Program-made: the position numbers and the translations under genes
Notes under the pieces: model-generated
The model's database searches: none
The model's input: the letters and a program-made list of their open reading frames with translations, nothing else
Told to the model about the DNA's origin: nothing
NCBI GenBank assembly: GCA_002269645.1
Contig: NIVC01002134.1
Coordinates: 96,513 to 160,512, forward strand
Reading direction: 5' to 3'
Source of the DNA: Macrostomum lignano
Lineage: Eukaryota
DNA length: 64,000 nt
In this document: piece after piece, positions 1 through 11,830 of the stretch
Layout of the letters: each line of letters starts with the position of its first letter
How positions within the stretch are numbered: position 1 is the first letter of the stretch

Positions 1-504
1 AAAAAAGCAAACGGTTAATACAAACCATTATTTCTGGCATTTCTAGCACCAATGACAATATTGCAGTCTTTTAACAGTTAAATAAAAGTCATGGAATGCG
101 GCCAGCTGCATTTACCAGATTGAATTTATATATTTTAATTATAAACATGTAGACTAGCAACTGTCAACGCAAATTAAATAGATTATAAATAGAGCTAAGT
201 TTAATACCTACATGCAGTTGAAGCAAATTCAACCAATATCAAGTGATAAACGCAGTCATTATTATATAAATACTAAAAGAAGAGAAAATGGACGCAAAAG
301 AATGTGCGCTTGGGCTAATTGCAGAGTAAAACTGGGCACTAATGGACGGCTTAAAACTTCAAGCGACAGTCGGTGAGATCGATTTGAGAGTACAGAGTAG
401 AGGCAGAGAAAAGAAAGGAAGAATAGAGATTAGAATTAACTATTCGCGTTAGGATAAGAGATGCGGGAGAAGAGAGGATGAGATTTGTAGATAAGATTAG
501 GAGG

Positions 505-1085
505 ATCAGATTTGCGGATAGGAGAGGGCGAGATTTGTGGATAGGAGATGGTGAGACTTGTGGATAGGAGATGGTGAGATTTGAGGATAGGAGGGTGAGA
601 GTTGTGGATAGGAGATGGTGAGATTTGTGGATAGGAGATGGTGAGACTTGTGGATAGGAGGGTGAGAGTTGTGGATAGGAGATGGTGAGATTTGTGGATA
701 GGAGATGGTGAGACTTGTGGATAGGAGATGGTGAGATTTGTGGATAGGAGATGGTGAGACTTGTGGATAGGAGATGGTGAGATTTGAGGATAGGAGGGTG
801 AGAGTTGTGGATAGGAGATGGTGAGATTTGTGGATAGGAGATGGTGAGACTTGTGGATAGGAGGGTGAGAGTTGTGGATAGGAGATGATGAGATTTGTGG
901 ATAGGAGATGGTGAGACTTGTGGATAGGAGATGGTGAGATTTGAGGATAGGAGGGTGAGAGTTGTGGATAGGAGATGGTGAGATTTGTGGATAGGAGATG
1001 GTGAGACTTGTGGATAGGAGGGTGAGAGTTGTGGATAGGAGATGGTGAGATTTGTGGATAGGAGATAATGAGACTTGTGGATAGA
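505..1085. repeat. Minisatellite, 21-23-bp units (GAGATTTGTGGATAGGAGATGGT and variants) with higher-order alternation
   Basis: Direct tandem repetition; the ORFs 436..1146 and 506..1150 are just repeat translations. Confidence 0.9.
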
Positions 1086-1186
1086 TCTTGAGATTCAAGA
1101 CAGAGATAAGATCGAGATAAAAAATGATAAAAATAACGATTTTCAATCAATCAATCGTTGTTAATGGGTGCTAAAAGCCAGTCCAG

Positions 1187-1630
1187 TTATCTCAAAAGAG
1201 TATCTGAGTCGGATTTTCGCCAAGAGCCATGCTGCCCTTGAAGCCTAGCAGATCGGAGAGACGACACCAACTGCTTTTGCTGTTGCTGCTGTTGCAGTCT
1301 CGGCGGAGTCAGAGTGGCGGATTTCTCGCCGCCAAGAATATTACAATTATTTGGCGTCATAGTGGGCCGACGGCAAGTCACGGCCACTCTAGAAGTGGAG
1401 GCTGTACGCCACATCAACCTCTGGCACTGGCTGCCAGTGTTCAAAGACTCACAGGATGATTGATTAATTTGATCCTCGCAATTAAATAATTCAGTTTTCA
1501 TGCTTTGCAAAGTGGCAGCGCTCAGGCCAAGTTGTTTTACTAAAGCAACTGAAGCTGGGTCGGATGAAGCTGATGAAGGCGGTTCCGGCTGAGGTAAAGG
1601 CTGCTGAGGAGGCGGTGGCGGTGGCATGGG
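1187..1630 (-). CDS. Probable Nup96-like coding segment (continuation of the Nup98-Nup96 locus); boundaries uncertain
   Basis: PASVALVKQLGLSAATLQSMKTELF resembles the Nup96 N-terminal motif (ASTHIASSLGINPHVLQIMKASLL in human, from memory). Same strand and downstream of the FG exons; candidate acceptor gggcag|CCC at 1631, candidate donor GTGAGT at 1452. Confidence 0.5.
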   Translation of the reverse strand, partial: PMPPPPPPQQPLPQPEPPSSASSDPASVALVKQLGLSAATLQSMKTELFNCEDQINQSSCESLNTGSQCQRLMWRTASTSRVAVTCRRPTMTPNNCNILGGEKSATLTPPRLQQQQQQKQLVSSLRSARLQGQHGSWRKSDSDTLLR

Positions 1631-1805
1631 CTGCCCAATGGGGTAGAGGTGACCATTTTGCAGAACGCAAGGCAACACGAGGCCATTGGGAAGTGGATAA
1701 AAATAGTAGCGATAATGCGTGTTACTACCCGGATGTGACTGCTGCTGACAATGCTGCATGCCGGATGTCTTTTAGTGCTGAAATATTTACGATTTTTTAC
1801 GGTAA

Positions 1806-3016
1806 AGGATGTCAGGTACAATGGGATTAACTAGTTAAGGATCTGAGGTACAATGGGATTAACTAGTTAAGGATCTGAGGTACAATGGGATTAACTAGTT
1901 AAGGATCTCAGGTACAATGGGATTAACTAGTTAAGGATCTCAGGTACAATGGGATTAACTAGTTAAGGATCTCAGGTACAATGGGATTAACTAGTTAAGG
2001 ATCTGAGGTACAATGGGATTAACTAGTTAAGGATTTCGGGTACAATGGGATTAACTAGTTAAGGATTTCGGGTACAATGGGATTAACTAGTTAAGGATCT
2101 CGGGTACAATGGGATTAACTAGTTAAGGATCTCGGGTAAAATGGGATTAACTAGTTAAGGATCTGAGGTACAATGGGATTAACTACTCAAGGATCTCAGG
2201 TACAATGGGATTAACTAGTTAAGGATCTGAGGTACAATGGAATTAACTAGTTAAGGATGTCAGGTACAATGGGATTAACTAGTTAAGGATCTGAGGTACA
2301 ATGGGATTAACTACTCAAGGATCTGAGGTACAATGGGATTAACTAGTTAAGGATCTCAGGTACAATGGGATTAACTAGTTAAGGATCTGAGGTACAATGG
2401 GATTAACTAGTTAAGGATCTGAGGTACAATGGGATTAACTAGTTAAGGATTTCCGGTACAATGGGATTAACTAGTTAAGGATCTCGGGTACAATGGGATT
2501 AACTAGTTAAGGATGTCAGGTACAATGGGATTAACTAGTTAAGGATCTGAGGTACAATGGGATTAACTACTCAAGGATCTGGGGTACAATGGGATTAACT
2601 AGTTAAGGATGTCAGGTACAATGGGATTAACTACTCAAGGATCTCAGGTACAATGGGATTAACTAGTTAATGATTTCGGGTACAATGGGATTAACTACTC
2701 AAGGATCTCGGGTACAATGGGAATAACTAGTTAAGGATTTCCGGTACAATGGGATAAACTAGTTAAGGATCTGAGGTACAATGGGATTAACTACTCAAGG
2801 ATCTCAGGTACAATAGGATTAACTAGTTAAGGATCTGAGGTACAATGGGATTAACTAGTTAAGGATCAGAGGTACAATGGGATTAACTAGTTAAGGATCT
2901 GAGGTACAATGGGATTAACTAGTTAAGGATCTGAGGTACAATGGGATTAACTAGTTAAGGATTTCGGGTACAATGGGATTAACTAGTTAAGGATCTGAGG
3001 TACAATGGGATTAACC
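1806..3016. repeat. 32-bp minisatellite, about 38 copies (GGTACAATGGGATTAACTAGTTAAGGATCTGA)
   Basis: Period 32 checked (1815 to 1847); each unit carries the palindrome TTAACTAGTTAA. Confidence 0.95.
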
Positions 3017-3495
3017 AGATTAATAGAAGCAAGGAGTGAAAAGCAAACTCATTAGAGAACCGGGAGGACACAAAAGCCTGTACTTGTATTTAAAACAAAT
3101 AATACATTCGAGTCGGTTCTTGTAATTTATAAAATGAAACTTTTTGTCTTATGCAGTTTAGCAAATCAGAAAATACCAGCACTAGGAGACAGGTGACATT
3201 GAAACCTTTCGAAATTAACAAAATAAAAAAGAATGTGATGACATAGGATTAAGTAAACATTAAACTTAAAATTTGTTACTTTTTAAACATAGACAAAAAC
3301 GTATTTTAACGACAACTTTTACAGTACACATGAACTCATGCCAAAAATTGGGGGGGGGGATAAATAAACTATGAAAATTATAACAAAAAGAATATTTTTA
3401 TTTCATTTAACTGAATAGGCGGGTCTATAATATTTTGAGATAATTATATCAGGATAAAAGCATGCCTATTAAACCTTCATTTTGAAATATTATCT

Positions 3496-4093
3496 TCTGT
3501 TAGACAGTCAACTCTGAACAGTGTCAACACCTGTTAGACAGTCATCTCTGAACACAATGTCAACACCTGTTAGACAGTCTGAACACAGTGTCAACACCTG
3601 TTAGACAGTCAACTCTGAACACAGTGTCAACACCTGTTAGACAGTCAACTCTGAACACAGTGTCAACACCTGTTAGACAGTCAACTCTGAACACAGTGTC
3701 AACACCTGTTAGACAGTCAACTCTGAACACAGTGTCAACACCTGTTAGACAGTCAACTCTGAATACAGTGTCAACACCTGTTAGACAGTCAACTCTGAAC
3801 ACAGTGTCAACACCTGTTAGACAGTCAACTCTGAACACAGTGTCAACACCTGTTAGACAGTCAACTCTGAACACAGTGTCAACACCTGTTAGACAGTCAA
3901 CTCTGAACACAGTGTCAACACCTGTTAGACAGTCAACTCTGAACAGTGTCAACACCTGTTAGACAGTCAACTCTGAACAGTGTCAACACCTGTTAGACAG
4001 TCAACTCTGAACAGTGTCAACACCTGTTAGACAGTCAACTCTGAACACAGTGTCAACACCTGTTAGACAGTCAACTCTGAACACACCTGTCTA
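3496..4093. repeat. 36-bp minisatellite, about 16 copies (ACCTGTTAGACAGTCAACTCTGAACACAGTGTCAAC)
   Basis: 12-aa periodic ORFs on both strands; direct repetition. Confidence 0.95.
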
Positions 4094-4209
4094 ACAGTCG
4101 ATCCGACACGAAGAATCAAGCCCCTAAGAATGGCATAAACTATACAATATGTTTAGAAACTGTAAGGCCAGAAATCCCGCAGTAAAACTGAAATCTCAAA
4201 TCGCAAATC

Positions 4210-7200
4210 TCAGATCGCGCTGCTACTATCAGGCAGAGGCTGTCTGTGACTCTCGGTTGGTGCAGCAGTCAGAGCGGGACTGTTCTCAGCCCCGCCAGAT
4301 GCATTGGAGGCATTCAACGATTTAGACTTAGCAGCAGTGCCAACTGCAGTGGCTCCGATAGCTTTAGCCGAGGCCGAAGCAGCAATAGCCGAAGCAGACG
4401 CAGAGTCAAGAGACGCTCTCAAAGCAGACGAGGGCAGCGTGAGCTTCTTCCAATTGGATTTTCTAACAAAGAACAGACTGTCACTGCCAGACGGGTTGCT
4501 ACTAGAAGAGAAACTAGCCCCCGCGGCATCCGAGGAAGCCTGTTCGAATCCTTCGAATAGTTGCTTCCTATTGGCCACTTGAAGCGGTCGGACAGTTGTT
4601 GACGAGCCAGATGAGCCGCTGTTAGACTTGGGAGACACTCCGATGCTGAAATTGTAGTTAGCCTGACTGTTGCCAAGGGCGCGTTGGGCAGCCACTGGGA
4701 GCAGAAGTTGCTGCTGCGAACTGACACCACCGCTAGACTGTTGAAGATTAAATGTTTGACGAGATGCCGACGGCTGAGACAGGCTGAAATAGTTCAGAGG
4801 TGCACTCGAAGCCGAGGAAAATGGGCCGATGCCTGATCCCGCGGCTGAACCAGACGAAGAGGTCGACATTTGGCGAGTCAGGTGAGCGGTGCCGTATGGT
4901 AGGGTCTGGACTAAGTCGAGTACCTGCGGTCAAGTTTTAGAGACGAGGGAGATGGTTAATTGGGATTATAATTGTGCTGAAACAACTGTTGAAAGATTGG
5001 GAAATGCTAGCAGCTAAGCATCTGATCTTATTTCTCTTTTCCCAACAGATACGTGGACATATGGGAGATAAAGTGTCAGTAACAGTGATACCTGAGGATC
5101 AGGGAAGGTGTCAGTAACAGTGATACCTGAGGATCAGGGAAGGTGTCAGTAACAGTGATACCTGAGGATCAGGGAAGGTGTCAGTAACAGTGATACCTGA
5201 GGATCAGGGAAGGTGTCAGTAACTGTGATACCTGAGGATCAGGGAAGGTGTCAGTAACTGTGATATTTGAGGATCAGGGAAGGTGTCAGTAACTGTGATA
5301 CCTGAGGATCAGGGAAGGTGTCAGTAACTGTGATATCTGAGGATCAGGGAAGGTGTCAGTAACTGTGATATTTGAGGATCAGGGAAGGTGTCAGTAACTG
5401 TGATACCTGAGGATCAGGGAAGGTGTCAGTAACTGTGATATTTGAGGATCAGGGAAGGTGTCAGTAACTGTGATACCTGAGGATCAGGGAAGGTGTCAGT
5501 AACTGTGATACCTGAGGATCAGGGAAGGTGTCAGTAACTGTGATACCTGAGGATCAGGGAAGGTGTCAGTAACTGTGATATTTGAGGATCAGGGAAGGTG
5601 TCAGTAACTGTGATACCTGAGGATCAGGGAAGGTGTCAGTAACTGTGATATCTGAGGATCAGGGAAGGTGTCAGTAACTGTGATATTTGAGGATCAGGGA
5701 AGGTGTCAGTAACTGTGATACCTGAGGATCAGGGAAGGTGTCAGTAACTGTGATACCTGAGGATCAGGGAAGGTGTCAGTAACTGTGATATTTGAGGATC
5801 AGGGAAGGTGTCAGTAACTGTGATATCTGAGGATCAGGGAAGGTGTCAGTAACTGTGATACCTGAGGATTAGGGAAGGTGTCAGTAACTGTGATATCTGA
5901 GGATCAGGGAAGGTGTCAGTAACTGTGATATCTGAGGATCAGGGAAGGTGTCAGTAACTGTGATACCTGAGGATTAGGGAAGGTGTCAGTAACTGTGATA
6001 TCTGAGGATCAGGGAAGGTGTCAGTAACTGTGATATCTGAGGATCAGTTAGTATTTAAGCCAGTCACCCTTACCTGCTGTTGCACCCTAGCCTGCTGCAA
6101 CAGTGCCTCATCATGATTAGCGCTCAATCCGATAGACTGCGGAGCAGCGGCTTGAGCTGTCTGTCCAGGCAGAGCATAGGACTGCTGATGCAACTGGAAC
6201 GGCTGATTAGGCATCATCAGTGACGAAGCCTGTTGCTGACCAACTCCAGTTTGCAGGCCTGACTGAAACGGAGTCTGACCGAGCATCAAACCACCCGTGG
6301 TGCCGCCGCCAAGAGCGGATGGTTGACCAGCTGAAGGCAAGCTGAAACCAAACGAGCCGCCAACTGAGGCTGCTGGAGCGCCGGCGGTGGCGCCGAAGGA
6401 CAAGCCGGTGTTTGCTGATGGCTGGGTTGCACCGAACAGCGGCTTAGCCTGAATTTTGTAATTCAGGTTAGAGAAATCATGTATAATCTTGGCGTTAGTC
6501 TATTGATATTAGTAGGATAGGGCACAGATACCAGAATATCTAGATAGGCCACTCAGCACATTTGCGTGTAAGCTACTATCAGTTCAGTAGTAAGCTAAAC
6601 TGAAGCATTTTAATTTACTTTAAATTAAAGACAAGGCCCAGCCCATTTATTGGCTCTAACCCCCCCCCCCCCAAGCTTGAACCCACAAACTCCACACAGA
6701 ACCTCTAACCCAATTTTTATTACCTTCCTCGGTTGTTACAGCCTAAAATCTGTCTTGTACATTTTAGTGGCTAATGTACATACATTACGGCTAAACCAAT
6801 TAGCAAGCTTTTTTAGTTAGTCTAGTAGCTGTGAGATAGGGTTAGAGTTTTGGTTAAGGTATAGCATTAGTTATAGGTTAAGCATAGGATTTAGATTTGT
6901 ATTAGGATTTAGAATTCAGGATTTAGAAGTTTAGAATAAGGGTTTAGGTTAAGTTTAGGATAAGGCTTTCGGTTAGGTTTAGGATAAGGCTTTAGGTTAG
7001 GTTTAGGATAAGGCTTTAGGTTAGGTTTAGGATAAGGCTTTAGGTTAGGTTTAGGATAAGGCTTTAGGTTAGGTTTAGGATAAGGCTTTAGGTTAGGTTT
7101 AGGATAAGGCTTTAGGTTAGGTTTAGGATAAGGCTTTCGGTTAGGTTTAGGATAGGGCTTTAGGTTAGGTTTAGGATAAGGCTTTAGGTTAGGTTTATGA

Positions 7201-9859
7201 TAAGGCTTTAGGTTAGGTTTAGGATAGGGCTTTAGGTTAGGTTTAGGAGAGAAGAGGGGTTTAGGATAAGGGTTTAGGTTAGGTTGTTAAGTTTAAGGAT
7301 AAGGCTTTAGGTTAGGTTTAGGAGAGAAGACGGGTTTAGGAAAAGGGTTTAGGTTAGGTTGTTAAGTTTAGGATAAGGCTTTAAGTTAGGTTGTTAGGTT
7401 TAGGATAGGGCTGTAGGTTAGGTTGTTAGGTTTAGGATAGGTTTAGGGGATTTGGTTAGGTTTAGAATAAGGGTTAGGTTTAGTTTAGGCCTTTGACAAT
7501 AGAATGAATATAGAGGAACAACAATAAGAATGACAAACCGGAACCACAGAAGTGAGGCACTAATAGCATCGCACAATAGAAACTCACCGCGCCGGCTCCA
7601 AAGCCGCCCGTAGCGCCGAAAAATCCGCCGCCGGCGCTTGACACCACAGTTCCAGCTGGCGCCGATGTTGCTGCCGACGGGGCGCCAAAAAACGACGTAG
7701 CGGCGCCGCCGGTAGCTGGCGTCGACCCGACCGAGGCGCCAAATGCGAACGGTTTCGTCGCATTAGCCGCGCCAGCAGAGTTGCCACCGCCAAACAAGCC
7801 GCCGCCAGTGGCGCCGGCGCTAAATCCAAACGCCGATCCTGTCGCAGTGGCGCCAGGCGCCGCCGCAGTAGATGTCGATATTCCGGCGCCGAAAGCAAAC
7901 GGGCTTGGCTTAGCGCCGGCGTTAGCACCGGCGCCGCCGAAAAGTCCACCCGTGGTGGCGCCAGACGCGGCTCCGGCGCTTCCGCCAAACAGAGAAGTGG
8001 CGCCAGGCGCGGCGGCGCCAGCAACCGAAGCCGGCTGGCTAGCGGGGGCGCCGAACATAAATCCGGTAGGCTTGACGCCGCCAGCCGTAGCCGCGCCGGC
8101 GCCGCCGCCAAACAGACCACCGGCGCCGGCTGTAGAAGTGGCGCCGCCAGTGGACGCGCCGAATCCAAATAGGCTGCTGCCTGTTCCGGCGCCGCTAGCG
8201 GCTACGCTGCCGAAGGTTGGCACGCCAGCCGTGGCGGCGCCAAATGGCTTAGCAGCCGTTGAAGTGGCGCCGGCGCCGCCAAAGAGGCCGCCGCCGCCAG
8301 TTGTAGCGCCAGCAGAGGCGCCAGCGCCAAACAGGCCGCCGCCAGCTGCCGGAGGGGCGCCAGCACCCGCGCCGGTGGAGGCTCCGGCGCCAAACATGCC
8401 AACGCCGGCGCTGGAGGCGCCAGACTGCGGCGCGCGCCGACCAGCTTGATAATCTTCAAGGCGCAGCTCCTCCAGACTACCGGCTTGATACTCTTTCATG
8501 GCCGTGATCACCATGTGCTTGGTGTTCACCGTCTGCTGGGCACCGCCCTTGGCCTGCAAGGTTAGATGAGCGATTATTGATGCAATAATTGACTAGGATT
8601 AACTTCTGGCTGCATTTCAGTGATAAAAAGGCCTTTGTTTATTGTCATTTCCACCAAAATTGTAAATCATTGATACCGCATTCACGCTAATCCTAAACTG
8701 CTTTCTTACTAATCCTAAACTGCATTCACACAAATCCTAAACCGCATTCACACCAATCCTAAACTGCTTTTTCACTAATCCTAAGTCACATTCACACCAA
8801 TCCTAAACCTCATTCACACTAATCTTAAACTGCATTCACACTAATCCTAAGTCACATTCACACCAATCCTAAACTGCTTTTTCACTAATCCTAAGTCACT
8901 TTCACACTAATCCTCAACCGCATACACACTAATCATCAACCGCATTCACACTAATCCTAAACCGCATTCACACTAATCCTAAACCGCATTCACACTAATC
9001 CTAAACCGCATTCACACTAATCCTCAACCGCATTCACACTAATCTTTAACTGCATTCACACTAATCCTCAACCGCATTCACACTAATCCTCAACCGCATT
9101 CACACTAATCCTCAACCGCATTCACACTAATCCTCAACCGCATTCACACTAATCCTAAATTACATACACACTAATCCTAAACCGCATTCACACTAATCCT
9201 AAATCACATACACATTAATCATCAACCGCATTCACACTAATCCTAAACCGCATTCACACTAATTCTAAATCACACACACTAATCCTAAACCGCATTCACA
9301 CTAATTCTAAATCACACACACACTAATCCTAAACCGCATTCACACTAATCCTCAACCGCATTCACACTAATCCTCAACCGCATTCACACTAATCAACAGC
9401 AGCAGTCACACAATCACAACAGAGCACAGTGAGCGGCATATACCTGAGTGGAGCTCTCAGTCCCTATTGGCGGATTAAAGGCCGGCCTGTTACCAGCCGA
9501 CATGCCGCCAAGACCGCCAACTGTGGCGCCGCCGGCGGCGCCAAAACCACCAGAGGCGCCAAACAGGCCGGCGCCGCCACCGCCACCAGCAACTGTACCA
9601 GTTCCAACGCCGCCAAAGGCTGAACCAGTAGCAGCAGAAACACCAGCAGTTGGTTGCACACCCACACCAACTGTAGGCTGCTGCATCATGCCAAATGTAC
9701 CAGTGGCACCAGTAGGCCGAGCAGCGGCGCCAAAAAGGCCAGTGGTGCCAGTTCCAGTGGCGCCAGCCGAAGGGCTGCCAAAAAGGCCGCCCCCAGTGCC
9801 AGCGGCTGGGGTTCCGACTGTTGGAGTTGTAGGTTTGCCAAATGGATTGCTGCCGAACA
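4210..9859 (-). CDS. NUP98: Nucleoporin Nup98-like, N-terminal FG/GLFG region with GLEBS; exons 9859-9444, 8553-7588, 6448-6074, 4923-4210 (first exon not found)
   Basis: GLFG/FG repeats; GLEBS motif NTKHMVITAMKEYQAGSLEELRLEDYQAGRR split over the exon junction; post-FG motifs (QTLPYG, KQLFEG, KKLTL); all three junctions are canonical GT-AG and phase 0. Confidence 0.9.
5073..6046. repeat. 35-bp minisatellite, 28 copies, filling a Nup98 intron
   Basis: Period 35 (5108 to 5143); unit GTGTCAGTAACTGTGATACCTGAGGATCAGGGAAG. Confidence 0.95.
6930..7485. repeat. 24-bp TTAGG/TTTAGG-rich (telomere-like) minisatellite in a Nup98 intron
   Basis: Unit TTTAGGTTAGGTTTAGGATAAGGC, period 24. Confidence 0.9.
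8682..9395. repeat. 22-bp minisatellite (CACTAATCCTAAACCGCATTCA) in a Nup98 intron
   Basis: Direct tandem repetition. Confidence 0.9.
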
Positions 9860-10299
9860 CTACAATTGGTTGTTTAGTTTTAGTTGTTTAAGTTAGTTTG
9901 CTTTGTCAGTGTGTTGCGTGAGCATACTACATAAGTCATGATTCATGAATATTTAGAAGTAAAAGTGAAATGAATACAGTGTGATACAATTCACAATGTA
10001 TTCACCTATAGCTCAAGAATAATTCCATTTACTAGATGATTGAACATGGAATTTGAGAACCCTGATTCAAATGGATCATTAGTTGCAGAATATGAATCCA
10101 GTAGAGATATTAGCTATTAAAACCTGCAGATTTTCAATTTTTTAAAGCAAAACCCTAAATTCCAATTAATAGAACTATCTTTGCATTGCTTTTTTTAATT
10201 TGAAGTCATGCTCAAACAAAAACTTGTTAACAGTTAGGAAAAAGGCTAACAAAGATGGGAGCAAATACATGTTAAATTAAGATTTGAGGCTTTTGCAAC

Positions 10300-10890
10300 T
10301 TTTCTCCTCTCTTCAACCTTTTCATCGCCTCCTATATTTATTTTCTTTCATCCCTCATACCTCCTCTCTCCTTTCCTTTCTCTTCTTTTAACATTCTTAT
10401 CTCTCCTATCATCTCTCTCCAGTCTACTCTTTCATCTTATCTCTCTTCTCTAATCTTTCCTTTTATCTCTTATCTATTTTCTCCTCTCCTTCCTTCTCTT
10501 GTCTCCTTTTTCCTCTCTCTTCTCTTTTCTGATCTCATCTATTATCTCTCTCATGAGAGAGATGAATCTCTCTCCTCACCTAGCTTTTCTCTCTTCTTTT
10601 ATCTTTTCTCCGATTGCATTGCTTACCTCTGTTTGCTTATCTCTAATTGATTCTTTTATCCCCTCTGCTTTGAAGTAAGAAAGTTTGCCTACATTTTTGC
10701 TAAAGATAAGAGGAGAAAAGAGGGCATTGAGGAAAAAGGGTAGAGAGAAAAAGGGAGAAAGGAGGGAGGAGAAAAGAGGAGAGAAAAAAGGAGAGAAGAG
10801 AGGAGGAAAAAGGGAGAAAAAGAAAAGGGAAGGTTAGGAAGAGAGAGAGAAGAGAGTTAAAGAGACCAACCTAGAGAGAGAGAAGAGCCC
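10300..10890. repeat. Low-complexity CT-rich tract followed by a GA-rich tract
   Basis: Composition; 20-bp palindrome ATCTCTCTCATGAGAGAGAT at about 10544-10563. Confidence 0.7.
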
Positions 10891-11439
10891 TTCTAGGCCA
10901 GATAGAGGGGCTTTACAAGCTAGAGTTTGCCAACCCTTGCTTCAGAGTTTGAGAAATCAATGGGAAACTGTTGGGATAGGCTGTTGATTTCAAAGATCTT
11001 GTCTGTAATTGAAGGCTTCTATTCTAGGTTTGCTCTCTTGCTATACTTGCATCTACTATCCTGATTGCCTCTAATTGCGACTTAGTTGCTCCTTTTATGA
11101 CTTTACCTAACTAATCATTTTGCAATTTATTTAATTATTTTGCAACTTACCTAATCATTTTTGTGACTTAGTTGCTCTTTTTGCAACTTATCTAATCATT
11201 TGTACTGCTTAATTTGCTTTAGTTGCAACTTGTTTTTCTTTTGCTTTATTATTTTATTTCCCTACACTGCACTTTTTTCTTTTTTTCTTGCCTTTCTTTC
11301 CTTTTTTGTTTTTGGCATTTTTCATTTTTGGTTAACTCAACTTTGCAACTTACCCTAGTCCACTACAATTTATAGTGGCTAGATCGGCCATGTCTGCCAG
11401 CAGTTGCGCATGTATGGCGGAAGAAATATTAACATTAGT

Positions 11440-11830
11440 TACTTGCTATCTGATAGATACTTGCTATCTAGGAGTAGGAGATATTGCTATTGTATCTAGA
11501 GGTTGGTGCTTACTATTAAGGGATGCTTACTCTCAAAGGAGAAGGGTATACTTGCTATATATATATATAGGATTCTTTTTATCTAAGGATTCTTGCTATC
11601 TGCAATTATAGGATACTTGCTATTTGCAATTATAGGATATTTGCTATCTAAGGGATACTTGCTGTCTAGATAATGCTTGCTATCTAGGAGATACTTGCTA
11701 TCTAAGTAAATACTTGTTATCTAGATAGATGCTTATTATCTAGATGGATGCTTGTTATCTAAAGAGATATTTGTTATTTATTTCTAAAAAAATATCTCTT
11801 AGAAATAAAGAAATATTTCTAAGAGGATGC
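11440..11830. repeat. Degenerate GATACTTGCTATCT-type repeat
   Basis: Motif recurs many times with substitutions. Confidence 0.6.

Noticed and set aside
436-1150. Long ORFs over repeats (also 3560-3962, 18725-18994, 37670-38124, 39960-40299, 41031-42475, 53052-53549)
   Set aside because: Stop-free translations of tandem repeats inside introns or MITEs.
1806-6046. CRISPR-like arrays (32-, 35- and 36-bp units)
   Set aside because: Units abut directly with no unique spacers, there are no cas genes, and the context is eukaryotic introns.
7584-9891. Pro/Ala-rich ORFs antisense or alternative-frame to Nup98 exons (likewise shadows of NEK10, Gypsy, the transposase and the Gly-rich genes)
   Set aside because: Shadow ORFs caused by GC-rich codon usage.
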